Source: Candidatus Methanoperedenaceae archaeon
GTDB taxonomy: Archaea; Halobacteriota; Methanosarcinia; Methanosarcinales; Methanoperedenaceae
Reading direction: 5' to 3'
Assembly: GCA_963753595.1 (NCBI GenBank)
Contig: CAVWCX010000034.1
Location: 55,404-119,403 of the forward strand
Length of the DNA stretch: 64,000 nt
The notes under the pieces are model-generated. The model had not been told where the DNA came from, searched no databases, and saw only the letters and a program-made list of their open reading frames with translations. The translations under genes were made by a program, and so were the position numbers. Below, in pieces: positions 10,024 through 19,600 of the stretch; the stretch's first letter is position 1, and each line of letters starts with the position of its first letter.

Positions 10024-10496
10024 ATAAGCTTTATAAAAAAATCCTGATAGCAACAGATGGGTCAGAGCATACTGAAAAAGCAATAACCCACGCGATCGAA
10101 CTTGCAAAGCTCACAGGAGCCGGGCTTCATGCTGTTTATGTGATAAGCATCGTTTCCCCGCATGCCGCATTGGAAATAAAATCCGACTCTGGTACTGGAT
10201 CATATGAAGCCATAGATGCATCCATAGAGGGTTTGAAGAATATCCTGAGACATGAAGGCGATAAAGCAATAAAATACATAGAGGAACTGGCAAACACTGA
10301 AGGCGTGGATGTCACAAAATGGATCCTGGAAGGCCAGCCTGCAAAGGAGATCCTGAAACTTGCTGAAGAGGAGTCTGTTGATATAATAGTGATGGGTACA
10401 CTGGGCAGGAGTGGGATCGAAAAATTCCTGCTTGGAAGCGTGGCTGATAAAGTGGTGCGTGGTTCAAGGATCCCTGTGCTTGTCGTTAGAAAATAA
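10020..10496 (+). CDS. Universal stress protein (UspA family)
   Basis: KKILIATDGS, DIIVMGTLGRSGIEKFLLGSVADKVVR. Confidence 0.95.
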   Translation: MNKLYKKILIATDGSEHTEKAITHAIELAKLTGAGLHAVYVISIVSPHAALEIKSDSGTGSYEAIDASIEGLKNILRHEGDKAIKYIEELANTEGVDVTKWILEGQPAKEILKLAEEESVDIIVMGTLGRSGIEKFLLGSVADKVVRGSRIPVLVVRK

Positions 10497-10519
10497 AGAA
10501 AGAATCAATGTTCATTCCG

Positions 10520-11227
10520 CTATTCCCACCATCCCATTGGTGGGATTCTCCTTGAATAACCGCCTCTTGTACCGTTTTCTTCACTATATCTGCCGACTTG
10601 ATCATCCCTGGTTTTGACTTCTGTATCATTTCTTTCTCCCCGCCCGAAAATAGGCGGCCCATTCTGGAACATGCGCATAAATCTCCGGTCAGTCCTGGAT
10701 TCAAACTTATCCTCAAGTTGCGCGCTGTTATCCAAGGCTCTCTTTAGTCCCTTGTTATCAGGGTAATCATCAAGCAGTCGTTCCAGGACGAACTGATGCA
10801 TGATAATCTTCCTCTGTGCACCGAAAAGTTCTGAAACATTTCCGGTGGTGTTCGAAATTGACTCATCAACAGCTTTGATCTTTTCCCTGTAGCGTTCAAT
10901 CGCGACATTGGCGTTATTCTCATTATTGCTTCTTAATTCAGTTTTTGCCTCAGCTATCCGCGATCTTGCATGTTCTATTTGTTTTTCGATTCTTTGGCTC
11001 TCATTAAATATGAATATCTCACCAAAGTTCTCAAATGCTATTTTTAATCCATATAAAGCGCTGTCCGGGCCTATTGAACCTTCATAAGGCGCTATGTCCT
11101 CAAAATTTTCATCAGTTGTGCCATTGGCCAGGTCATCCAGTTGTGCCATGCCAATATTTATTGTAAAGGCAAGAGATAACAGGATTGTTCCTGAAATCAT
11201 AATATGCCTCATATTTATATTTTTCAT
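10520..11227 (-). CDS. Secreted helical protein (DUF5667-like)
   Basis: Signal peptide, IGPDSALYGLKIAFE..., HARSRIAEA. Confidence 0.7.
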   Translation of the reverse strand: MKNINMRHIMISGTILLSLAFTINIGMAQLDDLANGTTDENFEDIAPYEGSIGPDSALYGLKIAFENFGEIFIFNESQRIEKQIEHARSRIAEAKTELRSNNENNANVAIERYREKIKAVDESISNTTGNVSELFGAQRKIIMHQFVLERLLDDYPDNKGLKRALDNSAQLEDKFESRTDRRFMRMFQNGPPIFGRGERNDTEVKTRDDQVGRYSEENGTRGGYSRRIPPMGWWE

Positions 11228-11382
11228 ATCCTACCTTCTAATTCTGGCATTTTGCCATAAATTTAATTATTATAGTTTTAGAAGGGGCTCATTCTTTAAT
11301 CGGTTTTTGCTTTAAAAAGTTAAAATCGTCCATATCGTTTTTTACTTTTTTATGGGAAGCTCTGCGCCATTAAGTACCATTT

Positions 11383-11685
11383 CTACTTTTCTTTATTGAG
11401 AAGCCTATACCACATAAATATTATCTGCACAAGTATCAGTATAACAACCGGAAACACACCATAGTAAACAGGATGCAGTTCTGGTGGTAAAGTTCCCCCA
11501 AGCTCAGTAATTTCCATTATTATGTGGAAGGTCACCAGCCCTATCACAACCAGTGTAAGTTTGAAATTGTTATACAAAAATGATTTATCCAGAAATACCC
11601 TCGCTTTCAGTATGTTGAGATCACTTTTCTTCAAATGTTCCCAGCTCTTGAGAGAAAAATATACCCCGATGCATGCAACTATCAA
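11383..11685 (-). CDS. Hypothetical membrane protein
   Basis: Three hydrophobic segments, LKARVFL motif; 5' end may be eroded. Confidence 0.55.
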   Translation of the reverse strand: MIVACIGVYFSLKSWEHLKKSDLNILKARVFLDKSFLYNNFKLTLVVIGLVTFHIIMEITELGGTLPPELHPVYYGVFPVVILILVQIIFMWYRLLNKEK

Positions 11686-11857
11686 TGCTTATATGGTTTG
11701 TGCTTAAATAAAACAAAAAAATTTATACTATTTATTCATTTTTTTAAACGGAAACTAATATAGCAACGAAATTAATTAAATGCTATTATGAGTGTTCCTT
11801 TAAGCTTCCTTTCTATCAGGCTTTGGAACAGAGCCGCATCTTTGGTTATAAAGAGGA

Positions 11858-12193
11858 ATGGCAATGATAATGAAAGAAGTAATCGAAGAAATAAAGAGGT
11901 TCATAGATAACCACGATAAAACAGATTCTCCATTGTTCATTTACTACGAACCCATAAAAACCAATGAAAAAGGTAAAGTGCTCAAAAATACCGGATTCTT
12001 GGCCACAATAGACGAGTCCATTGCAGTAAAATCCAATAATATGTATGTAACTTTTTATGGAGAGGAATATGTATGCACGCTGGATATGAGACTGTGGCTT
12101 CGTGGTATAGTGCCGCTGTCGGAGATTGAGACCCTCGAGATAATTGAAAGTTTATTTGTGAATGGTGATGAAATAAATGAACATTTTAGATAG
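11858..12193 (+). CDS. Hypothetical protein
   Basis: 111-aa ORF with GAGG SD; overlaps the next ORF. Confidence 0.55.
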   Translation: MAMIMKEVIEEIKRFIDNHDKTDSPLFIYYEPIKTNEKGKVLKNTGFLATIDESIAVKSNNMYVTFYGEEYVCTLDMRLWLRGIVPLSEIETLEIIESLFVNGDEINEHFR

Positions 12194-12434
12194 ATTGTTT
12201 GGTAAGAAGAATAAAAGAGATACAATGGAGACTAGAAATAGAAGGATAAAGGTTCGACTCTCAAGTATGGTAGGAGATACAAATAGATTAATGACTATTC
12301 AGGAACTGAAAGAAGATTATATAGACTATTTAATAATAGATACTAAATCTGGAGAAAATATAGATATTGAAAAATTGGAAAATTTAGATACAGAAGAAGT
12401 AGTAGTAAAAAAACGTGACGAAGAATGTTGTTAG
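12177..12434 (+). CDS. Hypothetical small acidic protein ending in CC
   Basis: 85-aa AT-rich ORF with GGTGA SD. Confidence 0.55.
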   Translation: MNILDRLFGKKNKRDTMETRNRRIKVRLSSMVGDTNRLMTIQELKEDYIDYLIIDTKSGENIDIEKLENLDTEEVVVKKRDEECC

Positions 12435-12437
12435 ACC

Positions 12438-14390
12438 TCAAATTCCCCATCCCATGACTCTGGTTTTTTTCAGCGAAAAAAGCCTGGCCTTTATCAGGAC
12501 AATAAAACCCCCGATCATCAAAAAAGTTCCTCCCCAGAGAATATTCACCAGCGGCATGACCTTTGTGGTCAAACTTATCGGAGATTGATTTACCGTATCT
12601 CCATTAGAATGTACTATTATATCCGTGAATAAGGTCCGATGAATAAGGATTTTATGGAACTGGTCTGATCTCTCATTTTTCGTTAAGAACACAGTTCCAT
12701 ATCCATGAAGTAATCCGTTTTTATAAAAATTTAGATCCAGTGCCTGTTCCGATCCATTCACATTATTCACGATTTTATTATTGGCTATCTGGACGCTCCA
12801 TTCCGGATCTATATTTTGTGGGGTACTTAAATCCTTAAGATCATAATCAAGGATACCACCCCTTCCAAAAGATGTGGACACAATTGCACCAAGTATGATA
12901 AAAATAAATCCTGCATGGATCAACGCTATGCCGACATTGTTTTGTGAAAACCGATGTTTGATGCGAAAAGACCTGAAAAATATCCCCCCGGCCACAAGAA
13001 CTGTCATCGAAACATATGGGATGACAGTCCTTGAACCAATGAATTGCACAAGAAACGAAGATCGTTGATAGAAGTCCGAATCCGGGCTAAGAAGTGTGGG
13101 TGTTCCGGGCAAAAATGAGGTCAATGCTGAGATCATGGCCGCTGCAAGCATTATTCGCAGGAGGCTCTCAGGTTTTGCTACTACCTGGAGCATGCAATAT
13201 CCCGTTAATAAAACCAGCAACAGTATAATGGGAAAACTCCAAAAATTATAGAAGTCTTCCGGCATTGGGACAATTTCACCTGATATATTTTCTGAGATAA
13301 TTGAATTAACTGTGCCCCATAAAGGTATGAATGCCAGCAAACATAGAAAAAGAATGGTAGCGTGAAATGAACTTCGCATCGAACTCAGTGACTCTCTTCT
13401 CTGATTTTGAATATTTCTGTCTGGATCCGATCTATTTAAAACCAGGAATAATATTGCGATAATGGCCAGGAACAAAGCCGCAAGCAAGATCCGCCACACT
13501 TCGCTTCCCAGGAAATTGTGTTCCGAGCCGCGCACTCCTTTTCGCGCAAAGAACATTATGAAAATATTGAGAATTAATACGGATGCGGCTAACAGCGGTG
13601 CAGTTGTCCTGTACTCTTTTTCATTTCGCCTGTGTCTTACTATCGCATGCAGGGCGGCGGTCAGGATCAGCCAGGCGGCCAGGGTGCCGGATTGGATAGT
13701 ATCCCATTTCCAGTAACCTTTCCACTCCAGTGTCTCATATGCCCATAATCCTCCTGTCACCATCCCAAGTGATAACATAAGCCAGGATAACCTTCCCCAT
13801 GACCTCGCCGTGCCAGCCCACTCTTTTTCCCCCGAGTACAGATAGGCGGCAGCGGCTGCAAACAGGATGATGCTTGAAGCATATGCAATAATTAACAGCG
13901 GTGGATGGATCAGGAACCATGGGCTGATAAATTTTGGGCTTAAACCTATACCAGAAGATGCGTCTCCATTAAATGCTTCAAGAGTGAGTTGAAAAGGCGA
14001 ATCGACAAGAGTGATCACTAGCAATAAAAATTCTATACCCAGGGTTATACATAGTGTTATCCCGGAAAATCCATTATCCTCCCTGTTTTTTGCATGGAAT
14101 ATTAGAATGCACAACAAGGTCGCCCATGCCAATAATAATTGCATCCCCTGTTTTCCGGCCCACATGGCTGCAACTTTATAAAAAATAGGATATTCCCCGC
14201 CATATACATAGACATAATTTATATGAAGTCCTGCTGAAATAAAGTAGTAAACCAGCAGTAAAACTGCCGATGAAATAGAAATAAACGCCAGGCCAAGCAT
14301 CCAGGAAAAATATTTTTCATTTTTTCGAAGCATTATAGAAACTGCCAAAGCAAAAAATGATACCAATAAAAATATGTTTCCAATATTCAT
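12438..14390 (-). CDS. ccmF: Divergent CcmF-family heme lyase (paralogue 2), co-transcribed with the two multiheme cytochromes
   Basis: MWAGKQG, IHPP, altered WWD motif WAYETLEWKGYWKWDTIQSG, ALHA, SEHNF, LIHAG; starts 2 nt after the cytochrome stop. Confidence 0.85.
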   Translation of the reverse strand: MNIGNIFLLVSFFALAVSIMLRKNEKYFSWMLGLAFISISSAVLLLVYYFISAGLHINYVYVYGGEYPIFYKVAAMWAGKQGMQLLLAWATLLCILIFHAKNREDNGFSGITLCITLGIEFLLLVITLVDSPFQLTLEAFNGDASSGIGLSPKFISPWFLIHPPLLIIAYASSIILFAAAAAYLYSGEKEWAGTARSWGRLSWLMLSLGMVTGGLWAYETLEWKGYWKWDTIQSGTLAAWLILTAALHAIVRHRRNEKEYRTTAPLLAASVLILNIFIMFFARKGVRGSEHNFLGSEVWRILLAALFLAIIAILFLVLNRSDPDRNIQNQRRESLSSMRSSFHATILFLCLLAFIPLWGTVNSIISENISGEIVPMPEDFYNFWSFPIILLLVLLTGYCMLQVVAKPESLLRIMLAAAMISALTSFLPGTPTLLSPDSDFYQRSSFLVQFIGSRTVIPYVSMTVLVAGGIFFRSFRIKHRFSQNNVGIALIHAGFIFIILGAIVSTSFGRGGILDYDLKDLSTPQNIDPEWSVQIANNKIVNNVNGSEQALDLNFYKNGLLHGYGTVFLTKNERSDQFHKILIHRTLFTDIIVHSNGDTVNQSPISLTTKVMPLVNILWGGTFLMIGGFIVLIKARLFSLKKTRVMGWGI

Positions 14391-14392
14391 AA

Positions 14393-16630
14393 CTATCTAA
14401 GTTTCCGATATAGGTAAATCAATGTCAATACTCCAATAATAACAAATACCAGTTCCATATATTCGTATAAAAACCATGAACTCTCTTTTTTTAATATAAC
14501 AAGAGGCGCAGGCTTCACATCCCCCCATCTTCCTTTTGAATCCTGCGCATGTATTGAAACTATATGCGTTCCCTCTTTCAGGCCTGAGGTATCCACCTGT
14601 GCATAAGCCTCCCTCACCTGCCCTCCTGCCAGTTCTTTGCCCAGGGTCAAATTCCTGCCCCTTCCCCCTTCTCCAACCATGTCAATAAAATACTCAACAT
14701 TTGTAATGTTCGCCTCCCAGTCTGAGACCGCAAGGACGCTTAAGGAGATATTCTCGCCTGCATAGTTTTTCAGGGGGAGCATGATTATGTCCTTTATATA
14801 TGGTTCTGAATTTGATCTCTGGAGAACATGCAGGGCAATAGGAGTATCTCCGCCGTGGCAGAGCGTGCAGTTCTGTGCTGCCCTGTGCATAGGCTGGGTC
14901 AGGTTGGTGGCATTAAACGGAGGCTGGCTGCCATATCTAACATGACAATCAGAGCATTTGTTGATCCTGCTTCCATTGCTTGAGTTAAACACTCCAGGTG
15001 ATTGTATCGCTCCCGTGGGGAATTCGCTATAGTGGAATCTCTCAGTTCCAGTGGCGTTATGGCACGAATCGCATGATATGGTTCTTGATTCATTTGCTTT
15101 TGGCCCGGATTTTAAAAAATCTTTATCTTCTCCGGTCAGATTGTGGAACTGGTTTTTATTTTCATTATGGCAAACGCCGCAGGTGAGGGTTTTGTTTATC
15201 TTTTCTACAACAAATGAGCTATAGTGGGAGGCGTCATAACCCAGATGGCAGGTATTGCATGTAACATTTTGCAGGGTTTGTTTTATATGGGTATTATGGC
15301 AATCCGTGCAACTGGCAGGGCTGCTGTCCGTTGTCCTGCCCACAGGTCTCTCCCATACCAGAGAAGGCTTATGAAACCTGCTTATCCTTGATGAATCATG
15401 ACAGGTCTGGCAGTTTATTTTCATTCCGATTGCAGTATGTTCGGTCTGGTTACCATGGATAAGCCTTGGGATCTGGACCGCTGGCTTATAGGGATAATCT
15501 CCTTCGACACCGTGACATCCATAGCAGGATGAAGAATTGCCCTGTGAGATATTCTGATAAAGGATATTTTTAGTAAGAGAAAAGTTGTGCAAAGAAAAGT
15601 TAGAAGTTGTAATGTCACCAGTATTGGTATCAGCACTGACTAAAGTACTGGAAGATGTATGGCATTTTTCACACGTATAACTGGAATTTACTTTGATAGT
15701 GTTTGCACGTTCCTCAGGCGCGCCAGGATAATGCGTACGAATCTGATCTTTTGCCCCGTATTTTTTTACAGCGTCTGCTGAAGTATGGCATCTGACGCAT
15801 GTTTTTTCAGAAGGAACAGTGAGATTTGCGTCATGAAGCGTTCTAAGTGCACCTGAGGCATGGCAATCAGCGCACGACCCATTCTTTGTATGGGAATACA
15901 CCTGGGTTGCATTGCCCCACACCGTAGCATTGGCACTGTCTTTATGGCAGGATGAACAATCTGTTGAATTGTATATTACCTTCCCGCCGTAATGAGATAT
16001 ATTAGCTCTCGTATTATTAACTCCTTTTTTTACAACAGCATTGCTGTGGCAGTTCTCACAGCTCGTTTTGACTGTCAGTTTGTCTCCTGCTTTTGTATGA
16101 CCGCTAATGAGAGGGGCATTGTAAGCAGATCCGAATGAATGACACATTTCACAGGATTTCGGGGACCTGTAGTCTTCGGGATGCCCTGACGGCTTGCTCC
16201 CGTTACCGTGGCATGCCCAACATGCTTTATTAATGGGATCAACTGCCACTGCGTTTTCAGTCCTGTTATTGAGTTTTGCATGAACACTCTTCCTGAAAGC
16301 TTCAACATCGACTTGTTTTGGCGCAACTCCTCCCAGGCGGTGGCAGCCTGCACAATCAGGAGAAAAAGTTCCATTCATCAGGGCAGGTTCATGAAATGTT
16401 CCCGGAACACCACCGACAAGGACATCCTGGCCTGTACTTAATTCAGAACCTGTGTAATTACCGATAGTCTCATTGTAACCGATGATCACTGTCTCGTTTG
16501 ATATCTGGCGCACATCTTCGATGACAATAACTACATCAGGAGCTGAACTATCAGCGGCTGTTGAAATATTAATAACAACGATTAAAATGGCGGCCAAGAG
16601 TAGGGATTTCAGGTCTGTTTTCATCCTCAA
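14393..16630 (-). CDS. Multiheme c-type cytochrome, 16 CxxCH, signal peptide, C-terminal Ig-like domain and TM anchor (ATG at 16624 is the probable start)
   Basis: Counted CAGCH, CWACH, CEMCH, CENCH, CSSCH, CADCH, CVRCH, CEKCH, CYGCH, CQTCH, CTDCH, CNTCH, CGVCH, CDSCH, CSDCH, CTLCH. Confidence 0.92.
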   Translation of the reverse strand: MRMKTDLKSLLLAAILIVVINISTAADSSAPDVVIVIEDVRQISNETVIIGYNETIGNYTGSELSTGQDVLVGGVPGTFHEPALMNGTFSPDCAGCHRLGGVAPKQVDVEAFRKSVHAKLNNRTENAVAVDPINKACWACHGNGSKPSGHPEDYRSPKSCEMCHSFGSAYNAPLISGHTKAGDKLTVKTSCENCHSNAVVKKGVNNTRANISHYGGKVIYNSTDCSSCHKDSANATVWGNATQVYSHTKNGSCADCHASGALRTLHDANLTVPSEKTCVRCHTSADAVKKYGAKDQIRTHYPGAPEERANTIKVNSSYTCEKCHTSSSTLVSADTNTGDITTSNFSLHNFSLTKNILYQNISQGNSSSCYGCHGVEGDYPYKPAVQIPRLIHGNQTEHTAIGMKINCQTCHDSSRISRFHKPSLVWERPVGRTTDSSPASCTDCHNTHIKQTLQNVTCNTCHLGYDASHYSSFVVEKINKTLTCGVCHNENKNQFHNLTGEDKDFLKSGPKANESRTISCDSCHNATGTERFHYSEFPTGAIQSPGVFNSSNGSRINKCSDCHVRYGSQPPFNATNLTQPMHRAAQNCTLCHGGDTPIALHVLQRSNSEPYIKDIIMLPLKNYAGENISLSVLAVSDWEANITNVEYFIDMVGEGGRGRNLTLGKELAGGQVREAYAQVDTSGLKEGTHIVSIHAQDSKGRWGDVKPAPLVILKKESSWFLYEYMELVFVIIGVLTLIYLYRKLR

Positions 16631-16631
16631 C

Positions 16632-19600
16632 TCATCCTTTTACAAATATGTTCGCGATTTTCAGGCGCAAAATCGTGATATCCTTATCATTCAATGTAGT
16701 GTTGTATGTGAAGTATTCCCCTTCGGTTACAAATTCCTCTTTGACTTTTATATTGTCCTTTGTAAGAACTAACCATACATTCTTATTATCTGGACTGAAA
16801 TCCTTCATATAAAGTTCATAACCGTTTCCCATGTTCCAGGAATTATTTGAATAAAGCATTTTTTTATCCGCGGTATCAAAATCAATATCTATCGGACTTA
16901 ATGTTACATTCTGTTCATCCTTTTTGAGTACGGAATATTTCTGTCCGTCAGGCCAGTCAGCCCTGTATTCTTTGACATGGCAGGCATAGCACTGCACACT
17001 GGTCGTTTCAGTATGTATATGCGTTGGCACATACCCTTTGAATGTTATTAAGCTGACCATACCACCGTAGAAAATTTCAGGTATCTGCATATCTATAATG
17101 GTTTTATTTTCTCCTTCCTGCACCAACCTGTTTTCATATTTGAAGCCGCCCCCTTCCGTAACCAGCTCATCTTTTATTAATAGCCCATTATAATATAATT
17201 CTACCCATATGGATTTTCCTTCTTTATCTATATCCGCGATAGATATACTGTAGTTTTCGTTAATTCGCCAGGTATCATCTGAAACAAGCTTTTTTTCGAT
17301 GCTCGATAGACGTATTGTTTCCCTTGGGTCAGGCGGATTGCCCCATTTTTGGCTTGTTCTTTCGTTCTGGTGGCAGCTTATACAGTCCTTTGTATCTATT
17401 GTCGGATATTTTGCAAAATGAGATACGCTGGAATTTACGGTTTTACCAGAATAAAGGACATCATTAATATGGCAGGTAGTGCAGGCAGGTGTTCTTATCT
17501 GGCTGCTTCCCGGACTATGTGAAGAAATGTGCCCTCGCTTTATTTTCCCGGTCAGGTTAAGCTCACCCTCGATGTGGCATGATGAACAGGTGTTCGGAGG
17601 CTTCCCAATATCAGGATGGTCATTCGGTGCCGTTATAATATTTGAATGGCACGCCCAGCACGCCCTATCCAGTTCAGACCTGGCACCGTTTAAGTTTGCG
17701 TGCAGGCTCTTATTGATAGTTGACTCGCTTACTTTATTTGAGGCAAAGCCATCCGTTCCATGGCACTTTACGCAATTCGATAATGTATAACCCGTCATGT
17801 TAACAATGGTGGAATTATGGAGCCTGCCTGTGCTGTGGCACGAAGAGCAGCTCAGACCACCATTATGGGTTATATTAGTTCTTGAAATTTTATTGAATAC
17901 ATCCGAGAATTCAGAGGCAGGGTTCTGGTGGCAGTATGAGCAATTGGTACTGGTTTTATTTAAATCCAGCATATCAGTCCTGTTCTTGCCATAGTGAGAA
18001 ATAGTTGAATTTACAGTGCTGGCATTGAAATTTATCATCTGCGATTTTCTATGGCATAGCTGGCATGTTGCATTTACGGTGATGTTAACAGCATGGGTCG
18101 TATGTTCCGTCGCCTCAGGCGAACTGAAGAGTACAGTATTGTTGACATGGCATGTACTACAGGTATTTGCAGGTTCGGATAGGCCTGGATGCGTATCAGG
18201 CGCTTCACTGGAATTGGAGTGGCATGCCCAGCAGGCCTGATTGAGATTAGAGCTGGAACTCGCATTATTCAGGTTTGCATGGATGCTCAGGTTCATCACG
18301 GTTTCATTTATTTTCTTCGGAGCAAAGCCGCCGGTGCCGTGGCACTGCACGCAATTCGATAAACTATATCCCTGCATATTCGCAATGGTGGAATTATGAA
18401 GCCTGCCTGTTCCATGACAAGAAGAGCAGCTCAGGCCGCCATTATGGATGATGTTAGTCCTTGATGTTTTGTTGAAAACATCCGAGAATTCAGAATCAGG
18501 ATCCTGGTGGCAATATGAACAGTTTGTATTTGTTTTATTTAGATCAATCATGTCTGTTCTTTTCTTGCCATAGTGAGAAATTGTTGAATTCAGAGTACTC
18601 CCGTTGAGGTTTATCATCTGCGATTTGCCATGGCATAGCTGGCATGAGGCGTTCACAGAGATATTAGTTGCATGGAGTGTATGCTCTGTAGCTAATGGAG
18701 ATTTGATTTTTCCAGAATCGTTCACGTGGCAGGAAGCACATGTGAGCGCAGGCTTATGCATGGGATGTTTTTTCGGTGGTGTTGTTGAATTGGAATGACA
18801 TGCCCAGCATGCACGATTGAGGTTTGAGCTTGAATCATTTATATTAGAATGTATGCTCTGGTTCATGATATCCTGATTTATTTTCGGAAAGAGCCCTCCC
18901 ATCATTTCTTCACCCAATGCCTTACTATTGGTTCCGTGGCATCTCAGACAGTTTGATATTACTCCCATACCCATGCCGCCTGTCCCTGAAAGAGATGAAA
19001 TTGCAAATAGAGATAACGACTCTACGTAGTTAATCAAATTATTTTCTTTTGAATCAACCTCAGTTGGCAAAGTCACCCATGTTGAATTAGTATAATGAAT
19101 GATCGAAAGGTTGCTCTCGTTTACTTTTGTAAATTCTGCGTCATTATAAGTCACTTTAATATTTACACCACTGTAAGAATAGTTCCTGGCGGATATGCTG
19201 AAAAATTTAACAGGGCTCCCTGGCGGTGATGAGTCGGGCATGTCGTTACTGTTCACCTCAAGAGTTAATTCCGTTTTTTCTCTTCCAATAAAAGAAACAG
19301 ATATGGTTTCATCTCCCATTTCTTCGCAATCGTGCGATTTCACTGTCTGGACAGTAGCATTATGGATATGTTCTGAGTTATTTTCAGAATGGGAACTGAT
19401 TGCAAATAAAGACAGAGACCTGGCAGATGCATTCAATATGTTTTCTTCCTCATTTACATCCGTAGGCAGCATGGTCCACGTGGAATTTTCATAAATGAAA
19501 AGACGCAGGTCTTTCTCATTGATCCCATTTAAGTCCATTTCACAGTACGCTGCACTGATAGAGATGGATTCAAAAGATAGGTTTTGGGCACCCGGTCTGA

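Noticed and set aside
16600-16640. Sequencing frameshift or selenocysteine/readthrough joining the two cytochromes
   Set aside because: The downstream ORF is in a different frame and has its own hydrophobic signal peptide, which would not fit inside a soluble domain
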